DNA of 60,768 nucleotides, filler included. It is 5 parts of 5 records of this genome, joined end to end, with 100 filler letters (N's around TTAATTAATTAA, not from the genome) between each part and the next. Parts side by side here need not be neighbours in the genome. Positions count along the whole stretch, not along the records: positions 1 to 31,073 come from DRR723986_15665; positions 31,174 to 36,801 come from DRR723986_15721; positions 36,902 to 49,375 come from DRR723986_15768; 2 more parts are not named here. The stretch is one strand, 5' to 3'. Position 1 is the first letter of the stretch. The number at the start of each line of letters is the position of its first letter. The translations under genes and the position numbers were made by a program. Below the pieces are notes generated by a model. The model did not search any database, was not told the DNA's origin, and saw nothing but the letters and a program-made list of their open reading frames with translations. Positions 29,163 through 38,056 of the stretch are shown piece by piece.

Positions 29163-30854
29163 TTAGCTTAGCCACTCAGTGTCATCGCCGAAGGCGGCGT
29201 CACGGTTGCGGCGATCAAGCGAACTGAAGTCGATCGCGGTGGTGGAATGAAGTCTCGTTGCCGAATCAAGGCTTCCGGCCGATTCTCCTTCAGCATCAGT
29301 GGCTTGGCGATTCAACATGTTGACGACTAAAAGCGCGTCGAGCGGGCTGACCACTCCATCGCGACTCACGTCGTGCATTTGACGCCCGCGCTGGGCTGAT
29401 TCGCTCGGATTGTTCAACGTGTTGATGATATGCAAGACGTCTTGCGGCGACACGAAATGATCTTGGTTCACGTCGCAGCGCTGGTACAACGACATGCCGT
29501 TCCACCAGTCATCACCACCTTCGCCGACTCCTCCCCAGAAATCATCCAGATCGCCGTCGTCATCTTCTCCCCAACCATCGTTGCCAAAGTCGCTGCCTCC
29601 GAAATCACCATCCGCCTCTCCGCCGTAGACGTCTAGGAAGTAGGCTCCGGTGTCGAAGTCTCCAGCGGATTCAACCGTCAAATAGTACGTGCCCTCGTCC
29701 AGGTTTCGAATAATGAGACTATCGGCCAGGCTACCCACTTCTCCGGTCATCGCGATTGTATTGCCGTCGCTGTCCGAAAGTGACAACTTGGTATCGATAT
29801 CCTCGTCAGCGCTCTGCAAGTAGATCTCGTAGGAATCCGCTTGGTCAAGCTGCATCACGAACACATCCTTGTCACCCGATTCCTCCAACACGCCTTCGCC
29901 CCAAGCACCAAACTCGTCCCACTGCATCTCGGTAGCCTGATCACCGATGACATTCACGTGATCATCACCATCTGCGGGCACGCCATCATCGCCACCGTCG
30001 TCAGTGCCGTCGTCGTTGCCGTTACCGCCTCCATCATTGGTCTGCCCAACGACGCCATCAATCCAATCGGCCAACGTGTCGACACGGGTATCAAAGGAGT
30101 TGTCGCCCAGGCTGTGAGCGTCCCCGTCACCTCCGCTCGTGATACCAGCAATCTGCAGCTCACCACCGACCTTCAGGAACGCAGGCCCACCGCTGTCACC
30201 CGGAGCGGTGTTCGATTCATCATGCGAATCGAACTTCCAGGTGATATGACGATCGGTTACACCGTCAATGGCCGTCTCGCCAACTCGCTTTGTACCAAAG
30301 TCGAAGGACGGATCGCGCGACGTGCCTCCTTGTCCGAACCCGACCAGCGTTAGCTTGTCACCAACCTCGGGAGTGGCACGAAAGATCGCCATCGGCTCGA
30401 CACCTTCGACGGGCTCGCTAAGCGTCAGAATGGAGATATCAAATCCGGCACCGAAATCGTCGTCGTTGTACCTAGGATGATCATGCACCTCAGCCACATC
30501 ATATCGTTTACCATCCACTTCGAATGACGTCTCTTCGACGTCCATGCCGACTGTACAGTGGGCGGCTGTTAGCACGTGAGTTGGACTGATCAGGGTCCCA
30601 CTGCAACCGTCATTGACGACTCCCACCGCCTCAAAGCTACTTGTCTGTTGGCCGTTTACAATCCGTGGAGCCGGGGAGGAACGCTGCATGTCGTAGATTG
30701 CGGGAATATCCACGTCGGGAGCGCTGGCGATCGAAGCGGCTAGCAGTTTCCGATTTTCCAAGTTCTCCAGCGTGATAGCTCGATTCGTTCTCGGCTGCTT
30801 CCGTTGCTTGCGTCCGCGGAGAGGTTTTTTCGCGATGAGATTGGCGATGTTCAT
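29163..30854 (-). CDS. Secreted trypsin-like (S1) protease with PPC-like and dockerin type I domains
   Basis: LENLENRKLLAA signal; LTAAHC/DISIL/GDSGGP triad; DVNQDHFVSPQD and DVSRDGVVSPLD dockerin repeats. Confidence 0.9.
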   Translation of the reverse strand: MNIANLIAKKPLRGRKQRKQPRTNRAITLENLENRKLLAASIASAPDVDIPAIYDMQRSSPAPRIVNGQQTSSFEAVGVVNDGCSGTLISPTHVLTAAHCTVGMDVEETSFEVDGKRYDVAEVHDHPRYNDDDFGAGFDISILTLSEPVEGVEPMAIFRATPEVGDKLTLVGFGQGGTSRDPSFDFGTKRVGETAIDGVTDRHITWKFDSHDESNTAPGDSGGPAFLKVGGELQIAGITSGGDGDAHSLGDNSFDTRVDTLADWIDGVVGQTNDGGGNGNDDGTDDGGDDGVPADGDDHVNVIGDQATEMQWDEFGAWGEGVLEESGDKDVFVMQLDQADSYEIYLQSADEDIDTKLSLSDSDGNTIAMTGEVGSLADSLIIRNLDEGTYYLTVESAGDFDTGAYFLDVYGGEADGDFGGSDFGNDGWGEDDDGDLDDFWGGVGEGGDDWWNGMSLYQRCDVNQDHFVSPQDVLHIINTLNNPSESAQRGRQMHDVSRDGVVSPLDALLVVNMLNRQATDAEGESAGSLDSATRLHSTTAIDFSSLDRRNRDAAFGDDTEWLS

Positions 30855-31073
30855 GGCTCATTGATCCTGTGTTAGAGAAGAGTCACCCGATTTTCTCGGC
30901 TGTCACAGGGGTTACGCGAGCCGATTACCGTTCTTGCATGGACGGCGAAAACTTTTTCTGTTTCGCTGGGATTTTGGGTAATTGCGCGAGTTGCCGCATA
31001 GCGTCGGCCGCCACCCGACATTTTCGCGTTGCCTACGCGCCCAATCATCAGCCGCCTGGCGCCAGCCTGCGGT

Positions 31074-31173
31074 NNNNNNNNNNNNNNNNNNNNNNNNNNN
31101 NNNNNNNNNNNNNNNNNTTAATTAATTAANNNNNNNNNNNNNNNNNNNNNNNNNNNNNNNNNNNNNNNNNNNN
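31074..31173. other. Artificial contig linker
   Basis: N44-TTAATTAATTAA-N44; GC content and taxon change across it. Confidence 0.98.
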
Positions 31174-31514
31174 CCGTCTCCCGCCCCCAGCGCGTCCACG
31201 ACAGAGGCCCGCCGGTCCTCTTCGATCACCACGCGGGAAAAGGGCAGCGCCGCCCGCAGCCGCTCGGCGATGCGCGCATCCACCACGCCGGCCATGCCCA
31301 GATAGGCGGGCGCCTGCGCCAAGACCTCCAACGAGACGCCCAGCGCCTCGGCCAGCGCCTGCGTGACGCCCCGCACCGCCGCCACGGCGCCGTCGAAATC
31401 CGAGGTCGCATTTGCCCCCGGCACGAGGCGCGTCACCCGCCGCCCGTTGCAAAGCGCGGCGCCGCGACAGGTGGTGCCCCCGCCGTCGATTCCGATCAGG
31501 ATGGGGTGTGTCAT
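31174..31514 (-). CDS. BadF/BadG/BcrA/BcrD ATPase family (GlcNAc kinase-like), 3'-truncated
   Basis: IGIDGGGTTCR, GAN, LGMAG motifs. Confidence 0.85.
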
Positions 31515-31632
31515 GCGCGGCCTCCGGTCGTTCCTGCGGCGCCGCGCAACAATCGACGGCCCGCCTCGCGCGCCTGTCTAGCGGCTCTGCCGATGCCCGA
31601 CAATCGACCCGCCCGTGACCGGCCGAAGCATG

Positions 31633-31822
31633 CCGCCCCCTCCCGTTAGAGACCAGAGGAAGAGGCCGGGGATCGGGTGCCGTGCCTCACCCTCCCGGAT
31701 CGGCCCAGCCGTTCGAGGCCGCTCGGGAACAGACCACGTGCCCCCTCCCCGGGGGATGCGACCCAAGGCTCGAACCTCGGGCGTGGCGTCTCCTCATCCG
31801 TCAATAAAACCTGACCGTTCGG
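31633..31822 (-). ncRNA. Candidate structured non-coding RNA
   Basis: Five consecutive hairpins plus an enclosing stem in an intergenic gap; strand inferred. Confidence 0.5.
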
Positions 31823-32000
31823 GGCTCAGAACCTCGCCCTCTGCAGCGGCCCAAGCCTCATGCGCCCAAGCCCCGAAGATCAGAACCTCGCGAACCAAGC
31901 CCAGCCCCCGGACACCGGAACCCGGCACTGCCAAGCAGCCCCGGCAGGACCCGCGCGTCCCGCAGCGAGGCCCGCGACCGCTCAACGCTCAGCCTGCCGC

Positions 32001-32399
32001 TCAGGCCGGCGGGCAGCGCATGTAATGCAAACCCTCGGGCGCCGCGCCCTCTCCCAGCTCCTGCCGCATCAGCCCCTCGCCGCCGTCGCGCAGGTCCAGA
32101 AGCAGCGCCCGCTGCCATGTCTGCCCCTCGCCGCTGAAGACGAACATTCCCTCCACCCGAGTCTCGGAGCGATCGTCGACCCGGGCCAGCGTCGCGCGGC
32201 TTTCGTAGAAGGCCAGCGTATCCGCCTGCACCACCATCAGCCCCTTGGCATCGGCGCGCCCGGCCTCGCAATCGGCGGCGACAAGACCCCAGCGGCCCTG
32301 CAACGCCTGCGGCACGCTGCGCGGCGTATCCAGCTCATCCGCCGGAAAGCAGGCAGAGAGCGCAAGGACAACGAGAGCGGCGAAACCAGCGCGGAACAT
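32001..32399 (-). CDS. Hypothetical lipoprotein
   Basis: Lipobox LSAC; PQALQGRWGL..FYES..SGEGQTW. Confidence 0.75.
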   Translation of the reverse strand: MFRAGFAALVVLALSACFPADELDTPRSVPQALQGRWGLVAADCEAGRADAKGLMVVQADTLAFYESRATLARVDDRSETRVEGMFVFSGEGQTWQRALLLDLRDGGEGLMRQELGEGAAPEGLHYMRCPPA

Positions 32400-32591
32400 G
32401 CATCAATGATGCACGAATCCCCCTTTATTTCCAGAGTTTTCTTGACGATGCGCGGGGTGGCCCGGGCAATCCCGCCCCGGCCACCCCGCAACCCAAGCGC
32501 GAAACGGGCAGCCAGACTACAGCTGAAGCGCCCCGAAAGACCGCCGGTCCGCTGCCGCCGGACAGGCGCCACCAGACCCGGTCGACCGCCC

Positions 32592-33767
32592 CTACAGGCG
32601 CTGCAACAGCGCCGCCGTGGGCCATGCGTCGGCGGGCAGACCCAGTTCGCGCTGCACCTCCCGCACCGCCGCGCGGGTGCCCGCGCCAAGGATGCCGTCG
32701 ATCTCGCCCACGTCATACCCGCGCTCGGCAAGCGTCCGTTGCAGGCGCTTCATCTCCTCGCCGGACAGGCCCTCGGCCGGATTGCCCGGCTCGTAGACCG
32801 GCGCTCCCTGCAGCCGGGTGCCGAAGTAGGCGGCGGTCAGAACGTAGGTAAAGCTTTGATTCCACTCGAAATAGACGCTGAAGTTCGGATAGGCGAGGAA
32901 GGCCGGCCCGTCCTTGCCCTGCGGGATCACCACAGAGGCCTGCAGCCGCCCGTCGTCAAGCTGCCCCTGCCGCGCGCGCACGCCCAGTTGCTCCCACTCC
33001 GCCACCGACTTGGTGACATGCATCCCGGTCTCGTACCAGTCGAGCCCCTCGGGCAGGACCACCTCCTGCAGCCATGGCTCGTTCGGCCGCCAGCCCAGAT
33101 GCGACAGCATCTTCGCCCCCGACATCAGCGCATCCGGCGCCGAGGTCTTCAGCGTGACATGCCCGTCCCCGTCGCCGTCCACGCCGTTCTCGAGGATGTC
33201 CTTGGGCAGCATCTGCACCATGCCGATCTCACCCGCCCATGCGCCGGTGGTGGTCGCCGGGTCGAAGTCGCCGTTTTCGTACAGCGACAGCGCGGCGAAG
33301 ATCTGCGGGCGGAAGATCTCGGGCCTGCGGCAGTCGTGCGCCAGCGTCACGAGGGCGTTCAACGTGTTGAAATCGCCCTGGAAGCTGCCGTAATCGGTCT
33401 CGAAGGCCCAGAAGGCCAGCAACACGCCGGGGGCGATGCCATACTCGCGTTCGATGCGCTGGAAGACCTCCGCATGGCGGTCGGCCATCTGCCGCCCCTT
33501 GTCGAGCCGCGACTGCGAGATCAGCTTGCGCGAGAAGGTGATGAAGGGGTCCTGAAAGATGCCCTGCCGCCGGTCCGCCTGCAGCACCGCCTCGCTGAGG
33601 GACACCCCCGCGAGGAAACGCGCCGCGCTGTCGGGCGTGTGGCCCTGCGCCACGGCTTCGGCCTTCAGCCCCTCGACGAAGGCGCCGAAGGGCCCGCCGC
33701 AGGGCACCTCCTGCGCGTGAAGGCTGGTGGCGGCGGCCAGGGCGGCCAGGGTGGCTGCGATGCGCAT
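32592..33767 (-). CDS. Lytic murein transglycosylase (MltB/SltB-like) with peptidoglycan-binding domain
   Basis: AFWAFETDYG, GAWAGEIGMVQMLP, DGDGDG, LQRTL..GYDVGEIDGILGAGTRAAV. Confidence 0.93.
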   Translation of the reverse strand: MRIAATLAALAAATSLHAQEVPCGGPFGAFVEGLKAEAVAQGHTPDSAARFLAGVSLSEAVLQADRRQGIFQDPFITFSRKLISQSRLDKGRQMADRHAEVFQRIEREYGIAPGVLLAFWAFETDYGSFQGDFNTLNALVTLAHDCRRPEIFRPQIFAALSLYENGDFDPATTTGAWAGEIGMVQMLPKDILENGVDGDGDGHVTLKTSAPDALMSGAKMLSHLGWRPNEPWLQEVVLPEGLDWYETGMHVTKSVAEWEQLGVRARQGQLDDGRLQASVVIPQGKDGPAFLAYPNFSVYFEWNQSFTYVLTAAYFGTRLQGAPVYEPGNPAEGLSGEEMKRLQRTLAERGYDVGEIDGILGAGTRAAVREVQRELGLPADAWPTAALLQRL

Positions 33768-33906
33768 TCTTGTCTCCTCGCGTCTGCTCTGGCGCGGAAG
33801 ATACCGAAGGACACCGCCGGAGCAAGCGGCAGAGGCAGGCCGGACACCCCGCCGCTGAGCGGGTTTTTACCGAACGGACAAATTATTTCAGTTGGGCGGG
33901 CCTGCG

Positions 33907-33921
33907 TTAACCATCTCTTCA
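33907..33921 (+). promoter_or_regulatory. CtrA-like box upstream of the receiver gene
   Basis: TTAA-CCATCTC-TTCA; includes TTAACCAT half-site. Confidence 0.5.
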
Positions 33922-33974
33922 TCAGAATGAACGCATCATGAACTACGGGGGCCGGAGCATGGCAGGAGGTGCGG

Positions 33975-34385
33975 GTGAAGGTGTTGATCGTCGAGGGCAA
34001 GCGCCCGCTGGCAGACCTCTGGGCAGCCTCCCTGAAACGGGCGGGGGCCACGGTCTCGATCGCCTCCGGTCAGGCCGAGGCCGCCGACCGGCTGGCCGAA
34101 CAGGGTTTCGACATCCTGATCCTCGACGTGTTCCTGCGCGACGGCAGCGCGCTGGCGGTGGCCGATGTGGCGCAGTACCGCCACCCCGGCGCGCGGATCA
34201 TCTTCGTCACCTCGACCACCTTCTTCTCGGATGGCGCGATCTTCACCCTCTGCGCCAATGCCTGCGCCTGCGTGCCCTCAAGCACCCTGCCCGAAGACCT
34301 CGCGCTCATGGCCACGCATTTCGCCCGCCCCCCGTCGCAAAGGTCCGGTCCCGCAGCCGATCCCTCCACCACCCGGGTCGCCTGA
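33975..34385 (+). CDS. Atypical single-domain response regulator (Osp-like)
   Basis: KVLIVE, ILILD, IIFVT..FFSDGAIF; no conserved beta5 Lys; GGAGG RBS before GTG 33975. Confidence 0.8.
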   Translation: MKVLIVEGKRPLADLWAASLKRAGATVSIASGQAEAADRLAEQGFDILILDVFLRDGSALAVADVAQYRHPGARIIFVTSTTFFSDGAIFTLCANACACVPSSTLPEDLALMATHFARPPSQRSGPAADPSTTRVA

Positions 34386-34405
34386 CGGCCGGCCCAAGGC
34401 GCACC

Positions 34406-34507
34406 CGGGACGGGCGCAGGTCCATTCTCCGGGACGAGCGCAGGCACGGCCCCCGGGACGGGCGCAGGCCCATCACTCGGGACGGGCGCAGGCCCATCAT
34501 CCGGGAC
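34406..34507. repeat. Tandem 24-bp repeat, four units plus a partial fifth
   Basis: Core CGGGACG(G/A)GCGCAGG + 9 variable nt at 34406, 34430, 34454, 34478; CGGGAC at 34502. Confidence 0.9.
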
Positions 34508-34518
34508 AAACCCCGCGC

Positions 34519-35508
34519 TCAGGCCGCCGCCAGCCGCTCCCGCCCGTGCGGCGCGTCGAACTCCGGCTGCGGGCCGATCGGCACGATCCGATAGGGATTC
34601 ACGCTCTCGTGACTGTAGTGGTAATGCCGCTCGATATGGTCGAAGCGGACGGTCCCGGCCACGCCCGGCCATTGGTACAGCTCGCGCGTGTAGCCCCAGA
34701 GGTTCGGATAATCCACGATCCGCCGCCGGTTGCACTTGAAATGGCCGTGGTAGACCTTGTCGAAGCGCACCAGCGTGGTGAACAGCCGCCAGTCGGCCTC
34801 GGTGATGCGCGCGCCCATCAGGAAGCGGTTTTGGGCCAGCCGCGCCTCCAGCCATTCGAGGCTGTCGAAGAGCGGGTGCACGGCCTTGTCATAGGCCTCC
34901 TGCGTGGTGGCGAAACCGGCCTTGTAGACGCCGTTGTTGACGGTGTCGTAGATCCGCGCGTTGACCGGCTCGATCGCCTCGCGCAACGTCTCCGGCCAGT
35001 AGTCGTCGCGGTTGCCGGTCAGCCCGTCGAAGGCGCTGTTGAACATCCGGATGATCTCGGCGCTTTCGTTCGACACGATGGTCTCGCGGCTCTTGTCCCA
35101 GAGCACCGGCACCGTGACATGGCCGGAAGCCTGCGGGTCGGCCTTGACGTAAAGTGCGCGCAGGTAATCCAGCCCGTACAGCCGGTCCCCGGTCGCCCCC
35201 GGAAAGTCCTCCGACAGGGTCCAGCCCTCGCCCAGCATGTCGGGATGCACCACCGAGACGCCGATCAGGTCCTGCAACCCCTTCAACTCGCGAAAGATCA
35301 GCGCCCGGTGCGCCCATGGGCAGGCGTAGGAGACATAGAGGTGATAGCGCCCCGCCTCGGCCTCGAAACCGCCCGAGCCGCTCGGCCCCGCGCTGCCATC
35401 GGCGGTGATCCAGTTGCGATACTGCGTCGAAGAGCGCTCGAACGACCCGCCCTTGCTGCGCTCCGCGATCGACTGCCGCTTCCATTCGCCCTTGTCGAGA
35501 TGGCCCAT
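34519..35508 (-). CDS. yqjG: Glutathionyl-hydroquinone reductase (GST Xi class, YqjG-like)
   Basis: YVSYACPWAHR, TVPVLWD, NESAEI, NNGVYKAGFA, HYHYSH; ATG 35508. Confidence 0.9.
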   Translation of the reverse strand: MGHLDKGEWKRQSIAERSKGGSFERSSTQYRNWITADGSAGPSGSGGFEAEAGRYHLYVSYACPWAHRALIFRELKGLQDLIGVSVVHPDMLGEGWTLSEDFPGATGDRLYGLDYLRALYVKADPQASGHVTVPVLWDKSRETIVSNESAEIIRMFNSAFDGLTGNRDDYWPETLREAIEPVNARIYDTVNNGVYKAGFATTQEAYDKAVHPLFDSLEWLEARLAQNRFLMGARITEADWRLFTTLVRFDKVYHGHFKCNRRRIVDYPNLWGYTRELYQWPGVAGTVRFDHIERHYHYSHESVNPYRIVPIGPQPEFDAPHGRERLAAA

Positions 35509-35619
35509 CCTGTCCTCCGTATCCGTCGATCCAGAGGTAGCCCCCCACAACTTCTGTGCAAACGGGCATGCCTGCACGCCATCTTGCGCATCAGCGCACG
35601 GAACCGGCCTTCAGCGCTC

Positions 35620-35716
35620 CTCTTTGGTCCGAAAATACCTCGGGGCTCGGGGCAAAGCCCCGACGGGGGTCCGGGGGCACAGCCCCCGGGAGGGGATGCG
35701 CGCCGCAGGCGCCCCT
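35620..35716. repeat. REP/MITE-like palindromic intergenic element
   Basis: TCTTTGGTCCGAAAATACC followed by hairpins TCGGGGC-AAA-GCCCCGA and CCGGGGGC-ACA-GCCCCCGG. Confidence 0.6.
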
Positions 35717-35721
35717 TTGGA

Positions 35722-35961
35722 TCACGGGCGCTCGCGGAAGACCTGCCAGATCCAGATCAGCAGCAGCGCACCCAGAACCGCGCCGACCAACCCGGCCAGG
35801 GCCCCGGTGATGGCCACGAGGAAACGGATCGCAAGCCCGCCGATCAGCCCGCCTCCGATGCCGATCAACACGGTCTGGACGATCCCGGCCTCGATCCGCA
35901 TCAGCCGGGTGGCGATGAACCCGGCCGCGGCACCGATGATGACCAGCAGGACGACGGACAT
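35722..35961 (-). CDS. GlsB/YeaQ/YmgE family membrane protein
   Basis: IIGAAAGFIA..IGIGGGLIGG..GAVLGALLLIW. Confidence 0.85.
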   Translation of the reverse strand: MSVVLLVIIGAAAGFIATRLMRIEAGIVQTVLIGIGGGLIGGLAIRFLVAITGALAGLVGAVLGALLLIWIWQVFRERP

Positions 35962-35963
35962 GG

Positions 35964-36203
35964 CTATTTCCTCCGCCAGTGGGTCGGCACGATGATCAGC
36001 GCCCCGATCGAGGCGGCGACGGCGTTCAACCCCGGAGAGCGGAAGCCCACGCCGAACATGATCTGCACGAAGTAGAACAGGAAGGCGCCGCCGACGCAGA
36101 TGATGATGCTGGGCAGCACGCCGTTGCGGGTGAACCCGCTGCGCTCCGAAGCGTATCCGACGATGCCGGCGATGACGACGGTGCCGATGAGGACGGGAAA
36201 CAT
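35964..36203 (-). CDS. Small 3-TM membrane protein (GlsB/YeaQ-like)
   Basis: Same size and topology as neighbour; 2-nt gap between them. Confidence 0.7.
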   Translation of the reverse strand: MFPVLIGTVVIAGIVGYASERSGFTRNGVLPSIIICVGGAFLFYFVQIMFGVGFRSPGLNAVAASIGALIIVPTHWRRK

Positions 36204-36317
36204 GGCTCAGCCTTTCGCGATGGGATCAACGGCGCGCGGGACGGCGGCGCCGCGCCGCGACGGAGCCCGCAGGATAGAGCGCCCCGCTGGGCGGCGGCAA
36301 GGACCGGCGCGCATGGC

Positions 36318-36801
36318 TCAGCCCCCCATCCGGTCGCCCGGAGCCACCGGATGCCCGCGCAGGAAGGTCTCGGCGTCCTGCGCCGCCTTGCCGGCACGCT
36401 GCGCCCGGGTGATGCGCACCGCGCCCTCGCCGCAGGCCACGGTCAGGCGCGCGTCCAGCGCCGTGCCCGGCGCCCCCGCGCCCTCCACGACCTCGGCCCC
36501 CAGCAGCTTCAGCCGCTCGCCGCCATGCAGGGTCCATGCCCCCGGAAAGGGCGCCAGCCCGCGGATATGGGCAGAGACCTCCGCCGCGGGCCGCGACCAG
36601 TCCACCGCGGCCTCCGCCTTGTCGATCTTCGCCGCATAGGTCACGCCCTCCTCGGGCTGCGGCGCGGCCTCCAGCTCCGTCAGACGCGACAACGCCTCCA
36701 CGATCAATAGCGCCCCCATCGCGGACAGCCGGTCATGCAGCCCGCCCGTGGTCTCTGCCTCGCCGATCGCGGTCGCCTCGCGCAGCAGCACCGGCCCGGT
36801 G
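36318..36801 (-). CDS. fmt: Methionyl-tRNA formyltransferase, 5'-truncated
   Basis: [39 protein letters not shown]. Confidence 0.93.
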
Positions 36802-36901
36802 NNNNNNNNNNNNNNNNNNNNNNNNNNNNNNNNNNNNNNNNNNNNTTAATTAATTAANNNNNNNNNNNNNNNNNNNNNNNNNNNNNNNNNNNNNNNNNNN
36901 N
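36802..36901. other. Artificial contig linker
   Basis: N44-TTAATTAATTAA-N44. Confidence 0.98.
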
Positions 36902-36937
36902 CAGCTCTTTGACCATTGCAGCGGTAATTGCAGCCAT
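36902..36937 (-). CDS. tsf: Elongation factor Ts, N-terminal fragment
   Basis: MAAITAAMVKEL directly downstream of rpsB. Confidence 0.9.
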
Positions 36938-37030
36938 GTTCAATCCTCTTGTCTTTTCCGAATTCGGTGGGGAGGTATACCCGCATAAACAGGCGGGCAT
37001 ACCTTACAACTCAAACGTTAAGCCTGGATG

Positions 37031-37783
37031 TTACTCGGCGGCCGGAGCAGCGCCTGCAGCATCTTCGCTGACTTCAACAAACTCGTCAGCGCCAGCGCCG
37101 GCAGACTGGGAAGCTTCCAGACAGGTATCGGCAACGGCTTTCACGTAGATCTGGATAGCACGGATGGCGTCATCGTTACCCGGGATCACGTAATCAACAC
37201 CATCGGGATCGCTGTTGGTATCAACAACACCGATAACAGGAATACCCAGCTTATTGGCTTCCTTGATGGCGATACGCTCGTGGTCTACGTCGATAACGAA
37301 CAGGGCATCCGGCAGACCACCCATATCCTTGATACCACCGATGGAGCGCTCGAGCTTATCCATCTCACGGGTACGCTCAAGAGCTTCTTTCTTGGTCAGC
37401 TTGTCGAAAGTACCGTCCTGGCTCTGGGCTTCCAGATCACGGTAGCGACGGATAGACTGACGGATGGTCTTGTAGTTGGTCAGCATACCACCCAACCAGC
37501 GGTGGTTAACGTAGGGCTGACCGGAACGCTGAGCTTCTTCCTTGATGATCTTGGAAGCCGCGCGCTTGGTACCAACAAACAGGATCTTGTTCTTGTTCTC
37601 AGCCAGAGACTGAATGATGTTCAGCGCTTCATTCATGGCCGGAACAGTCTGCTCCAGGTTGATGATATGAATCTTGTTACGGGCGCCGAAGATGAACTTC
37701 GACATTTTCGGGTTCCAGTAGCGAGTCTGGTGACCGAAGTGAGCACCTGCCTTGAGCAGGTCACGCATATTTACCTGAGCCAT
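37031..37783 (-). CDS. rpsB: 30S ribosomal protein S2
   Basis: [37 protein letters not shown]. Confidence 0.99.
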   Translation of the reverse strand: MAQVNMRDLLKAGAHFGHQTRYWNPKMSKFIFGARNKIHIINLEQTVPAMNEALNIIQSLAENKNKILFVGTKRAASKIIKEEAQRSGQPYVNHRWLGGMLTNYKTIRQSIRRYRDLEAQSQDGTFDKLTKKEALERTREMDKLERSIGGIKDMGGLPDALFVIDVDHERIAIKEANKLGIPVIGVVDTNSDPDGVDYVIPGNDDAIRAIQIYVKAVADTCLEASQSAGAGADEFVEVSEDAAGAAPAAE

Positions 37784-37803
37784 GATATTTACCTTTTAGC
37801 TTC

Positions 37804-37892
37804 GGGTTAGTCCTCCACGCGTCCGATTGCCCCAACCAGCCTCCTTTAAACAGGAGCCGGCACCCTGGGACAACGTGCTGACACGTGTGTGA
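37804..37892 (-). ncRNA. rpsB (S2) autoregulatory leader, t44-like
   Basis: CACACACGTG..GGGTGCC..CGTGGAGGACTAACCC upstream of rpsB. Confidence 0.8.
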
Positions 37893-37914
37893 ATTTGCCG
37901 GATTCGTTTCCGGC

Positions 37915-37932
37915 GGGCGCGTTTATACCATA
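37915..37932 (-). promoter_or_regulatory. Extended -10 promoter of rpsB with GC-rich discriminator
   Basis: TGGTATAAACGCGCCC on the minus strand. Confidence 0.65.
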
Positions 37933-37996
37933 TCTGCCAGGCCAAACGCCATTATTTTTAGCCCCGGACTATGGCCAGCATAGCCTGCTCCCCGCC

Positions 37997-38025
37997 TTGT
38001 ACCTTATGTCGCCGCCCCTTAAAAT
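37997..38025 (+). promoter_or_regulatory. Sigma70-like promoter of map
   Basis: TTGTAC-N17-TAAAAT. Confidence 0.6.
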
Positions 38026-38056
38026 GCCGGTTTGATACAAATCAACAGGAAGCCCG

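Noticed and set aside
31118-31129. TTAATTAATTAA as a biological site (also in the other three gaps)
   Set aside because: Six-frame-stop linker centred in identical N runs; ORFs running into the Ns are artefacts
31860-33941. 693-aa plus-strand ORF
   Set aside because: Antisense shadow of the transglycosylase and lipoprotein genes in very GC-rich DNA; Arg/Pro-rich with no motif
34406-34507. CRISPR interpretation of the 24-bp array
   Set aside because: Core of 15 bp and variable parts of 9 bp are too short; variable parts resemble each other; no cas genes or leader
34165-36075. 636-aa plus-strand ORF
   Set aside because: Antisense shadow of the GST and small membrane genes
37028-37810. 260-aa ORF opposite rpsB
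   Set aside because: Typical antisense frame of a highly expressed gene
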